The notes under the pieces: model-generated | Told to the model about the DNA's origin: nothing | Databases searched by the model: none | Seen by the model: only the letters and a program-made list of their open reading frames with translations | Program-made: the position numbers and the translations under genes | In this document: piece by piece, positions 1 through 8,491 of the stretch | Numbering within the stretch: position 1 is the first letter of the stretch | Layout of the letters: every line of letters begins with the position of its first letter | Source of the DNA: Candidatus Thorarchaeota archaeon | Lineage (GTDB): Archaea; Asgardarchaeota; Thorarchaeia; Thorarchaeales; Thorarchaeaceae | Length of the DNA stretch: 45,578 nucleotides | Assembly: GCA_016839445.1 (NCBI GenBank) | Contig: JAEOUG010000141.1 | Location: 1 to 45,578, forward strand | Reading direction: 5' to 3'

Positions 1-546
1 GCGTGGGAGAGCTCTCCTTGCCTCCTTCTGTAGTCTGAACAGCTCGTGGTACGCAGACAGGGGCTCCCTATCGTACTTCGTCCTCTTGACATCATACACC
101 CTTTGTGCGCTCTCGACATCAATCGTCCGATACTTCATGAAGTGCTTCAATATCGGCACTAGTTTCGCGGTGGCTCCATAGATTCTTAGAGCAGGGGCAA
201 TCAGTATCACGCCATCCAGACCCGGCTGATTGGCTGCAAGGAGTACCGACTGTGCGCCTCCTGCTGAGAGGCCTGCGACGAGGATCTTCTCTGGACGCCA
301 CGAGCGGACCACTCCAAGACCATCAACTACAGATTGGTACCAATCGGTCCACTTCGTCTTCCTCAAGTCCTCTGGAGTCTTGTTGTGTCCTGCCACCTCT
401 ACAGCGAATGATGCGATGTTCCTCTCTGCGAGGACTTCACCAAGAGTCCTCACTTCATCAGGAGCAGCGCAGAAGCCGTGAATTAGAAGAAAGGCTGCAG
501 TGGCTCCCTCAGGGCGGGTTTCGACACCCGGAACCTGGGGAGCCAT
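1..546 (-). CDS. Alpha/beta hydrolase (carboxylesterase/monoacylglycerol lipase-like), truncated at window edge
   Basis: Not in ORF track. Manual translation from ATG at 546: MAPQVPGVETRPEGATAAFLLIHGFCAAPDEV...ILVAGLSAGGAQS..., with HGF oxyanion motif and GxSxG nucleophile elbow. Frame runs off the window. Confidence 0.85.
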   Translation of the reverse strand, partial: MAPQVPGVETRPEGATAAFLLIHGFCAAPDEVRTLGEVLAERNIASFAVEVAGHNKTPEDLRKTKWTDWYQSVVDGLGVVRSWRPEKILVAGLSAGGAQSVLLAANQPGLDGVILIAPALRIYGATAKLVPILKHFMKYRTIDVESAQRVYDVKRTKYDREPLSAYHELFRLQKEARRALPR

Positions 547-579
547 TGCTTAGTCCACCATCCCTTGGTCTAGTCAGAC

Positions 580-2550
580 TTACTGCGAGAGTCTCCTGAA
601 TCTGAAGCCCTCTTTGAGCATTCCAAGACGGATTCCAGCAATCAGCCATCCCAGCAGGGAGAGAATCTCTGTTCCAATGACGAATGTGACCATCATTGAA
701 ACCACAAACGCAATCTGATCTGGGCCGGGGATTCCACTGAAGTTCGTCAACACTAGGATTGCCATCACTGCTGCAAACCCTAGTCCTGCGAGAGTTCCGA
801 CCTTGAAGATCGTGCCTTCAAGCTCGTATCCCTCATCTTCAACGTCATTCGCCAGACTGAGATTAAGGGAAAGCACTAGCACCAGACTGATGCTGTAGAG
901 TGCAAGCAGGAGAGCCGCTCCAGTGTTTGCGGCATGGGTGACAGTGGTGGCACCTTCGATCACTGGTATCATCAATGAGAAGAGCACACTTGCTCCCATC
1001 AGTATGCCGCCTGTAGCGTAGCCTCTACCGTGTGAGTAGCCCGAGAGCGACACGTTTCTGATGATAAGGAACAGGAAGGGGAAGACTATGATTGTTGGCG
1101 ACTGCACACCTGTTGGGACGAGGGGGAACAGCCTCACATTGAACCAGTTGGAGGTTGGCCAGATGGCCAGCGGTCCTTCACCGAAGGTGCCCAGTAGGAA
1201 CAGAATCACCATTGCTGATGAGGCGAGGCTAGCAATCACGGTGAGCGCACCCTGAGAGAACCCTGTGAGGCCACGAATGTATGACTCAATCATCAGCAAG
1301 ACCTGTGTGATGAGAATGGCAATCCAGGGGAATATCACCAGGAAGGCCAGAGTGTAGGGTGCAACCATCATGAAGATGGCAGTAACCACAAGAGGGACAC
1401 CTGTGATGATGTCTGTCTTTGCGCAGTACTGCGCTCCAACGATGATCATCGCTCCCGCTGGCATGGTTACGAGGAAGAAGCCCCAGGAAGCAGCTCCTTC
1501 TGCGAGAGTCCCAGCCTCCGCCGCAGCAAGGATGCCGATCAGCGCCATGAACAGAGCGAACCACTTGATTCCACCCTTGAGGATGTCCTCTCCTATATGG
1601 GCCGCCTTGAGCTCTCTTGCGCCTAGCCTAGGTGCAAGCATTATCCACGAAACGATCATAGCACAGAAGGCAAAGATGAGTGCCGGACTGGTGACATATT
1701 CAATCAGTGGTTCTGCGGGAATCATCGAACCCCATGGTCGCCACACCTGTACTGCCTCCTCAATATCGATAGGTCCGAGGAAGACAGATGCTGAACCTAT
1801 GACGAAAGTCAGGAGTCCAGTTAGTCCGAACGCAAACTTGGCTGTGTCAGGGCTCCTGGCATATTCGCGAACACTGGAGTCAGGACCCCACCAGAAGAAG
1901 AGAGTGAATATCTGGCCAACCAGCAGCGCTGCATATGCACCATAGACCAGAATTGGTCCTAGTACCTGGCCAAGAGCGAGCAAGGGAATGAAGAGACCGT
2001 TGAGTATGCCCGCTAGGACACCAAACCAGTTCTTCACCGAATCTGCATACACGACAGCGACCATCTGCCACGTGAGCGTGAAAATGGCACCGAGTAGGTA
2101 GATGATCTGAAGGAACCCGGGAATCAGCGAGGATGCATAAATGCCGTTGTAGCCTATCGTCGCGTAGACACCGGTGAGTGCGGCGAACAGAAATGCGATC
2201 GAAATGACATTGCTGTAGCTGGTGCCTAGCATCGAGCGGAGTTTCCTTGATCCGAGTGCCTGCATCATGAGGGAGCCTGCAAGCAGGAACATGAATATCA
2301 TTACAAACACGTGGTAGAGGGGAGTTCCGAAGACTTCCCAAGCAAAGGTTTCATCGACAGGTGGCTCAGAGATCACTTGCCAGGGACTTCCTGTCAGAGG
2401 AACCAATGGCAGACCTATGATGAAACCGAGTACTGCCGCGATGATTCCAAGGAAGCTACCGAAACCTGCTAGTCTACCGACAACTCTAGCGGGTTCTCCG
2501 TCAGGACCCTTCCCGCCAATGGCTGATTTTAACGAGCTCAGTTGGGCCAT
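580..2550 (-). CDS. Large polytopic membrane protein of unknown function
   Basis: 656 aa, almost entirely hydrophobic segments (roughly 16-18 TM by eye); GAGGT SD-like element upstream; no recognisable motif. Confidence 0.8.
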   Translation of the reverse strand: MAQLSSLKSAIGGKGPDGEPARVVGRLAGFGSFLGIIAAVLGFIIGLPLVPLTGSPWQVISEPPVDETFAWEVFGTPLYHVFVMIFMFLLAGSLMMQALGSRKLRSMLGTSYSNVISIAFLFAALTGVYATIGYNGIYASSLIPGFLQIIYLLGAIFTLTWQMVAVVYADSVKNWFGVLAGILNGLFIPLLALGQVLGPILVYGAYAALLVGQIFTLFFWWGPDSSVREYARSPDTAKFAFGLTGLLTFVIGSASVFLGPIDIEEAVQVWRPWGSMIPAEPLIEYVTSPALIFAFCAMIVSWIMLAPRLGARELKAAHIGEDILKGGIKWFALFMALIGILAAAEAGTLAEGAASWGFFLVTMPAGAMIIVGAQYCAKTDIITGVPLVVTAIFMMVAPYTLAFLVIFPWIAILITQVLLMIESYIRGLTGFSQGALTVIASLASSAMVILFLLGTFGEGPLAIWPTSNWFNVRLFPLVPTGVQSPTIIVFPFLFLIIRNVSLSGYSHGRGYATGGILMGASVLFSLMIPVIEGATTVTHAANTGAALLLALYSISLVLVLSLNLSLANDVEDEGYELEGTIFKVGTLAGLGFAAVMAILVLTNFSGIPGPDQIAFVVSMMVTFVIGTEILSLLGWLIAGIRLGMLKEGFRFRRLSQ

Positions 2551-2714
2551 ATCTAAACCTCACGGGTGATGGTGACCATCAGACGGGTGATACGAAAGCG
2601 AGGGTTATTTATGCCTATCGGACTCGGCTCCGGGCGTTGAGGGTCCCCCATAGTCCATTCCGAAACATAATTAGTAACCAGTGTAGCTTCGCATCGGAAC
2701 AGGTGAACTGTGAA

Positions 2715-2861
2715 ATGGCGCAATTCGAGCTTTACGTCAAAGGTGAGAAGGTACGGACAAACAAGTACGTGACCGGTGTGTTTCAGGAGGTTGTTCTCGC
2801 ACTCCTCAGAACACTCGACGGGGTCGAGATTGACTCAGTCACAAGAGTCTCAGTAGAGTGA
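2715..2861 (+). CDS. Small protein resembling the C-terminal domain of archaeal MobB
   Basis: AGGTGA SD at 2701-2706, ATG at 2715. MAQFELYVKGEKVRTNKYVTGVFQEVVLALLRTLDGV resembles the MobB C-terminal pattern (L.V.G..I..N.FV..I....I..M...LKG). Directly upstream of an AOR gene. Confidence 0.6.
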   Translation: MAQFELYVKGEKVRTNKYVTGVFQEVVLALLRTLDGVEIDSVTRVSVE

Positions 2862-2882
2862 GATCCATCAGGTGGTACGACA

Positions 2883-4730
2883 GTGAGCATGAACGGGTGG
2901 AACGGCAGGATACTGTGGGTCGACCTTACTGATAGGACGACTCAGTTTGAAAGCCTTGACGAACAGATATACCTTGACTTCATTGGTGGCAAGGGCCTAG
3001 GAGCCTATCTGCTCTTCCGGGAGCTTGGCGCGCAAGTAGATCCTCTTGGACCGGATAACGTGCTTCTGTTCCTCAATGGACCCCTTCAAGGTCTTCCGGC
3101 ACCGAATGTTGGCAGATGGACCTTGGTGACCAAGTCACCTCATACTGGTCTGTTCCTGGACACTCACTGTGGTGGGCCTCTGGGAAGAGAGATCAAGAAA
3201 TGTGGCTATGACGGCATTGGGATTCGTGGTCGCTCCGAACATCCTGTTGTCCTTGTCATCGATGGGAACGATGTTCAATTCGAGGATGCTCGAATGCTGT
3301 GGGGCAAAGGAACACAGGAATCCACAAGGACTCTCCATGATATGCACAAACAGGGCTCTGCTGTCTTCGTGATAGGCCCTGCAGGTGAGCGACTCATTCC
3401 CATTGCCACTGCGTGTTGTGAATTGGCTCACCAGACTGGTCGTGGAGGAGCTGGAGCTGTACTAGGTTCGAAGAACCTCAAAGGTCTGGTAGTCATTGGC
3501 GACGGCAAGATTCCGGCCGCCGATGTTGAACAGATAAGGCAGATTAACCGAGCGTTGACAAAGGGATGGAACGAGAAGACTGACTATGGCTTCAAAGACT
3601 TCGGCACTCCGTTCTTGGTAGAACTGGCCAACTCCCGAGGGCAATTCCCCACCAGGAATTGGCGAAGCGGATTCTTTGAGAGTCACGAGGGTCTCGACGC
3701 TGCGACGATGAACGAGAAGTGGGGTCTCGGCAGACACCACTCGTGCCCCCACTGTGTCATGCGCTGCACTCATGCCTTTAGGACTGAAGACCCGAGCAAT
3801 CCGGGATCGGAAGTTGAGTCAACAGTTGAGTACGAAACGATGGGTCTCATGGGAGGAAATCTTGGAATTGATGATCCACAGGGGGTCCTCAAACTCAACT
3901 ACCTTTGCGACGACCTAGGAATGGATACGATAAGCACAGGTACGATAATTGGCTTCGCGATGGAAGCGTTCGAGCGCGGGATATTGGCGGAGGATGACGT
4001 AGGGTTCCCACTGAATTTCGGAGACGTGGATGGCGCAATCAGACTCACGAAAATGATTGCCAATAGAGAAGGTATAGGAGAAATCCTGGCAAACGGAGTG
4101 AAGAAGGCTTCAGAACAGATTGGCAATGGAAGTGAGTCCTTTGCCGTGCATGTTAAGGGGCTGGAAGTACCGGCTTGGGACCCAAGAGGTAGGCGAGGTC
4201 TTGGAATCTCATATGCAACAGCCGAAGTTGGCGCTAGCCACCTTCGCGGATGGCCTCAGGCCGTGGATATGCCCGAGGCGCCCGCCTCAGAGGTCATGGA
4301 GTCCCTTATCGACAATCGTGACACGAAGATACTTACAGATTCTCTGATCGTGTGCCACTTCACCTATCATCTTCCTCTTGAGCACGCGACGAAGATTGAT
4401 CTTCTAAGGGCTGCAACAGGTGTTGACTACAGCAAAGAGAGCATCTCGCTGTTCGCCAACAGGGTTGAAACTCTCACGAGGATGTTCAATATCAGAGAGG
4501 GCATAGGAAGGTCTGAAGATCGGATTCCCCCAAGGTTCTGGGAGAAGCATCCGAATGGACCCGCCAAGGGGCTGGCTGCTTTTCTTGATGAGGATGACTT
4601 CAATGAAGCGCTAGATCGATTCTACGAACTGAGAGGGTGGGACAAGGAAGGTACTCCGACTCCTGCAACAATTCAGCGTCTTGGCCTTGATCTACTACTG
4701 CCGGGGCCTACTGGAAGACAGAGCCTTTGA
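2883..4730 (+). CDS. aor: Tungsten-dependent aldehyde:ferredoxin oxidoreductase (AOR family)
   Basis: GWNGRILWVDLT start, KSPHTG, GRGGAGAVLGSKNLK, CxxCxxxC [4Fe-4S] motif, EYET, CDDLGMDTIS, FYELRGWD. Confidence 0.95.
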   Translation: MSMNGWNGRILWVDLTDRTTQFESLDEQIYLDFIGGKGLGAYLLFRELGAQVDPLGPDNVLLFLNGPLQGLPAPNVGRWTLVTKSPHTGLFLDTHCGGPLGREIKKCGYDGIGIRGRSEHPVVLVIDGNDVQFEDARMLWGKGTQESTRTLHDMHKQGSAVFVIGPAGERLIPIATACCELAHQTGRGGAGAVLGSKNLKGLVVIGDGKIPAADVEQIRQINRALTKGWNEKTDYGFKDFGTPFLVELANSRGQFPTRNWRSGFFESHEGLDAATMNEKWGLGRHHSCPHCVMRCTHAFRTEDPSNPGSEVESTVEYETMGLMGGNLGIDDPQGVLKLNYLCDDLGMDTISTGTIIGFAMEAFERGILAEDDVGFPLNFGDVDGAIRLTKMIANREGIGEILANGVKKASEQIGNGSESFAVHVKGLEVPAWDPRGRRGLGISYATAEVGASHLRGWPQAVDMPEAPASEVMESLIDNRDTKILTDSLIVCHFTYHLPLEHATKIDLLRAATGVDYSKESISLFANRVETLTRMFNIREGIGRSEDRIPPRFWEKHPNGPAKGLAAFLDEDDFNEALDRFYELRGWDKEGTPTPATIQRLGLDLLLPGPTGRQSL

Positions 4731-5157
4731 AGTGTCTGCGAAGGTAGACCTCTTTGCAGTTTTCCTCGAAGCCTGACTGCTGGAAGAGTGCGATGACGTC
4801 TCCCCGCGATTCGGGAACGAGTACATCGAGTGCTCTGAGTCCTTTCTTCTCCGCTATCTCTGTAGCCCTTGAGAGGACCTTTGAGCCGAGATCTGTACTC
4901 TCGAGTTCATCTTCTATCTCGAAGTACTTCACGAAACCAATGCGACCGACTTTCGGGTCTTCGCCAATGTCGAGCTTCAGCGCTGCAAGGACCATGTCCT
5001 GAGATGCAGCGATAATGAACATTGTTTCTAGCGGGGCTCCGAATGGCGTAGATGAAGCTCTCGATGACAGGTCCTGGAAGTTCTTTCCTTCTCTGGCATA
5101 GAATCTCTCCAGGGCAGTCCTGTCTTGTGCAGTAGCGAGTCTAACATCGACATCCAT
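4708..5157 (-). CDS. GNAT-family N-acetyltransferase-like protein
   Basis: VRLAT..D start, GNAT-like topology, 'ALFQQSGF' motif B. Motif A is degenerate (ESTDLGS). Start set at ATG 5157. Confidence 0.65.
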   Translation of the reverse strand: MDVDVRLATAQDRTALERFYAREGKNFQDLSSRASSTPFGAPLETMFIIAASQDMVLAALKLDIGEDPKVGRIGFVKYFEIEDELESTDLGSKVLSRATEIAEKKGLRALDVLVPESRGDVIALFQQSGFEENCKEVYLRRHFKGSVFQ

Positions 5158-5248
5158 CAGATGAACCCACAAACATCCTGCCTGTTCAGATTAGAAGTCT
5201 TGTGGTGAGTCCTAATGGTTTAACAAGATACGTGGCGTATGTTCCACA

Positions 5249-5365
5249 ATGCACGAGGATGAAACTTCGAACCACTACACTCTGGTTCTTCTGGTACTGG
5301 CAGTGTGCTTGCTCATCCTACTTATCGCTCTGGCTATCATCTATTTGCCGAGAATTCTGCCCTAG
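5249..5365 (+). CDS. Putative 38-aa single-pass membrane microprotein
   Basis: Manual translation MHEDETSNHYTLVLLVLAVCLLILLIALAIIYLPRILP*. Fills the gap between the GNAT and MinD genes; TTTAA TATA-like element about 25 nt upstream. Confidence 0.55.
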   Translation: MHEDETSNHYTLVLLVLAVCLLILLIALAIIYLPRILP

Positions 5366-5369
5366 TCAG

Positions 5370-6122
5370 CTACAGCGTGAGCCTGTAGATCTCTTCAATC
5401 TTCTTGGTGAACTCATTCTCCGGGTAGCGAAGGCTAACAACGAATCTGCTCCCTGCTTCTATTAGAAGAGGAAGGAGTGGTATGATTGTGGCAACTCTTG
5501 ACTTGAATTTGGACTCCACCTCAGAGATTATCGCCTTATCTTCGTAGATGCTCGGCTTCTTGTTGATGACAATCTTGATGTCTGGCACCTGCAGTTTCCT
5601 GGCCACGCTCAGAGTAGCTGCTGTACCCAGCAGGTCCTGCTCGTCGATTCTTGCCACGACAAAGAGGTAGTGGGCAGTGGCCATTGATAGGAGGGTTTCT
5701 CGGTCGAGACCTGGGTGAGTGTCGATTATCAGCATGTCGAGGTCCTTTTCCTTGATTACGTCAGTGAAGCCTCGCTTGAGGTCACCCACCTCGTAGCCCT
5801 CTCTGAGAATCCTAGTGATCTCGGTTGCTGTCATGGAGCTGGGAATGAGGAAGAGCTTTCCCTTCTTGATGCCAAGCCTCTCAGTTAGGTCCATGCACGT
5901 GTCCCCAATGTCGCACGCGCCACGTAGATAATCGTTGAGCGTGTGCTTCATCTTCTCTCTTCCCATGCCAAAGATTACATGAATCCCGGGCGATGCCATG
6001 TCGGTGTCCATCACGGCTACGCGTTTTCCGTCTAGGGCCGCTATCGCCGCTAGGTTTGCGGCGATGTTCGACTTGCCTGTTCCGCCACGGAAACTATGAA
6101 TTGATACGATCTTGCCTGGCAT
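5370..6122 (-). CDS. MinD/ParA-family ATPase
   Basis: Deviant Walker A HSFRGGTGKS, VMDTD (A'), IIDTHPG (Walker B), INK motif; no obvious C-terminal membrane-targeting helix. Confidence 0.92.
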   Translation of the reverse strand: MPGKIVSIHSFRGGTGKSNIAANLAAIAALDGKRVAVMDTDMASPGIHVIFGMGREKMKHTLNDYLRGACDIGDTCMDLTERLGIKKGKLFLIPSSMTATEITRILREGYEVGDLKRGFTDVIKEKDLDMLIIDTHPGLDRETLLSMATAHYLFVVARIDEQDLLGTAATLSVARKLQVPDIKIVINKKPSIYEDKAIISEVESKFKSRVATIIPLLPLLIEAGSRFVVSLRYPENEFTKKIEEIYRLTL

Positions 6123-7404
6123 CTGTTAGCACTCTCTCATTGGACAGCTCGACGTAGTTGCCTAATGCTCTTAAGACTTCTAGGATTCTTCCTGCAGGAA
6201 TGCCTGTTCTCTCAGAGATTTCCTTCAGAGTATGGATTCCGTTACAGTAGGTCCAAATCGAGTCGACTACATCGAAGTCCCTTTTCTTAATTCCTATGAC
6301 CTCGAGATACGCCACGAACCTATCATCTCTCTCGCCAATAACGGGGTAGATTTTTGCTATCCTCACAAGTCCTTTCGTTATGAGCTGCGCCAGAATCTCG
6401 TCGGTCTGCTCGCGAGGAAGGGAACTGGCTTCGTGCAATTCTGTGACAGTGGTTTCGTCACTGAGCTTGTCCAGCATCTTGATGACGCCCGTTCTCATCA
6501 TCTGACTGGCGCCTGCAAACATAATCTGGGATTCCTTCCCCAGCTTGTCGTCATTGTACAGGGGTTGCACAAGATCATAGTCATAGAAGGTGATTGGCCC
6601 CTGCATCTTGTCGGGCTCGAAAAGCCGCACGTCCTCGTACCCTGTCACTTTCACAAGAGTGGTGAATGGCAAGATGAGTTCAAGGTATGTCTTCTCAGAG
6701 AGACCTGCATTCACGACGAAGCTGCAGAATCCCCTCTCGGGGACTCTCACGAAGAGGAACTGCGTCCCTTTGTCAAGGCTCGAATGTTCAGTCATGGTGA
6801 CGGCTTCATCGAGGCTGCCTATCTTGTCAAGGACTGCCTCTAGCTCGTAAGCTCTTAGATTCGAGGTGGCAACATATCCACCAAAGGTTATCAGAGATCC
6901 CCTATGAATGTCACGATTCACCTCTACCTCGGCAAGTGACTTCTTCAGCCTTCTCAGGTCTGCGGAAGGCAGAAGGGCGGTCTTGTACCGCCGAGCAAGT
7001 CCTGGGATGCCGTCAAACTTCTCAAGCGTTGTTTCGACCACGTCGGCAAACGGTCGAAACCTCTTGGAGTCCGGAAGTTCCTTGGTCAGTTCCGAGTAGT
7101 ACTTGCTCACGAACTGCTCTGAAAGCTCCTGCAGGATTACTCTATGTATCTCTCCGCTGTCCTCTTGGAGAACAAGTGCAATGAAGTATAGGTCTCCTTG
7201 CTTCTCCCAGACAAGCTTGTCTTTGGCAAAGCTCATGTACGTTATCCTATCTTGGCTGACTTCCTTCGCGAATGTCCCGACTGCTGAGAGGAATGCGGCG
7301 ACCAGCTCATCCAGTCTTCTGGTTCCACTGACACTGTAGTGAAAGAGGAGAATCCCTGACTCACGAAGGACGATGATCTCTTTGACCAAAGGGCGAGCCT
7401 CCAC
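6094..7404 (-). CDS. Longin + roadblock-like + tandem winged-helix protein (NPRL2/3-like)
   Basis: N-terminal IIVLRESGILLFHYS...LDELVAAFLSAVGTFAKEV is a typical Asgard longin pattern. Middle VNRDIHRGSLITFGGYVATSNL is roadblock-like. Two C-terminal wHTH repeats. Overlaps the ATPase start by 29 nt. Confidence 0.75.
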   Translation of the reverse strand: MEARPLVKEIIVLRESGILLFHYSVSGTRRLDELVAAFLSAVGTFAKEVSQDRITYMSFAKDKLVWEKQGDLYFIALVLQEDSGEIHRVILQELSEQFVSKYYSELTKELPDSKRFRPFADVVETTLEKFDGIPGLARRYKTALLPSADLRRLKKSLAEVEVNRDIHRGSLITFGGYVATSNLRAYELEAVLDKIGSLDEAVTMTEHSSLDKGTQFLFVRVPERGFCSFVVNAGLSEKTYLELILPFTTLVKVTGYEDVRLFEPDKMQGPITFYDYDLVQPLYNDDKLGKESQIMFAGASQMMRTGVIKMLDKLSDETTVTELHEASSLPREQTDEILAQLITKGLVRIAKIYPVIGERDDRFVAYLEVIGIKKRDFDVVDSIWTYCNGIHTLKEISERTGIPAGRILEVLRALGNYVELSNERVLTDARQDRINS

Positions 7405-7463
7405 GATGGTGGCTGCTACTTGTCGGCGGGGGTGCTCTTAATGTCTTCGAAAGCCTCTGGCCT

Positions 7464-8360
7464 CTACTCCACCAAGCCTGCAACCTCTGTCAGTCGCCAT
7501 TGAACTTGGTCTCCGAGTTTCTCAAGCACATCGTATAGCTGCTCTGGTACCACACCCAGTTTCTCGCTTATCTCAACCAGTGATCTAGAGCCGTTGCAGA
7601 GACCTCGCGCCCTCTCAAGCAGCTGGAACTCCTTGCTTGGCAGTCCTACAAGGTCGAGGTAGGCATTGAAGCGGGCATCATTGCCTTCAATCACGGGGCA
7701 CATCTTCGCCACCTTCAGGAATCCCCTTATCGCTAGGTACTCCACAACTGCAGCAATCTCGTCGTCAGGGATTCCGGTGGCCAAGCTTATCCTATGGATT
7801 GAGTTGCTGCCGTCGATTGCCTCCAGCACCCGATTTCCAGACGTGCCGAAGTCTCTGTGAAACTCATCGAGGAATCCTCCAGAGCGGATGGCGATGTCCA
7901 TCGCCCTCTTCTCCAGAGTAGGCACGACGAACCGGCTCAGGTTTGACATTGTCAGTAGGATTTCTTCATAGTCTGCGAAGACCTGAGTCACCTCTTTCTC
8001 AAAGTCCATGAAGACGTCCAGCACCGCAATCTCCATCTTGAGTTCGTCCTGGTAGCGGGAAACGAACTTGCGCGTGAGTTCTCTTAGAACAGCACGAAGC
8101 ACCTTCTCTGATGCCCCGGATTCTACCAGAAAAATGAACAGGAAATCTGAGCCATATTGCTCGTACAGGAGTTCAGATCCCTCAAACGAAAGGCTCTGAA
8201 TTGACTTTTCCCCAAACTCGGACGCGAAGCTCGTAATCGCACTGAGGAATCCTGAAAGCAGCTCGTCAAGCTTCCGTTCATCAGTTCTGGAGTAGTGGAA
8301 GACAGGACTTCCTCCAGTTGTAAGCACCATGAACTCAAGAATCCCGAGTTTGTCAACCAA
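7464..8360 (-). CDS. Longin + tandem winged-helix protein (NPRL2-like), paralogue of the downstream gene
   Basis: FMVLTTGGSPVFHYS...LDELLSGFLSAITSFASEF longin; VLEAIDGSNSIHRISLATGI and LCNGSRSLVEISEKLGV wHTH repeats; aligns by eye with 6094..7404. Confidence 0.78.
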   Translation of the reverse strand: MVDKLGILEFMVLTTGGSPVFHYSRTDERKLDELLSGFLSAITSFASEFGEKSIQSLSFEGSELLYEQYGSDFLFIFLVESGASEKVLRAVLRELTRKFVSRYQDELKMEIAVLDVFMDFEKEVTQVFADYEEILLTMSNLSRFVVPTLEKRAMDIAIRSGGFLDEFHRDFGTSGNRVLEAIDGSNSIHRISLATGIPDDEIAAVVEYLAIRGFLKVAKMCPVIEGNDARFNAYLDLVGLPSKEFQLLERARGLCNGSRSLVEISEKLGVVPEQLYDVLEKLGDQVQWRLTEVAGLVE

Positions 8361-8491
8361 GAGTCCTCTTCTCCTGCTGACCTTCCCCGGGCTGAAGTTT
8401 CTTTAAGATATCGCCTCTGGATTCCTCCGCTCGAAACATCCATATCTTCCTCTGCAAAGCATCCTGCATCGTCTGGGAGGAATCAGTCTCC

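Noticed and set aside
119-599. Short ORFs 119..301, 230..481 and 252..599
   Set aside because: Shadows of the truncated minus-strand esterase gene.
5202-5465. 87-aa plus-strand ORF
   Set aside because: Overlaps the MinD 3' end and has implausible composition; the 38-aa frame at 5249 fits the gap better.
7405-7463. parS-like repeats near the MinD/ParA cluster
   Set aside because: No iterated or palindromic motif seen here or in 8361-8491, only TTAAG-type TATA-like elements.
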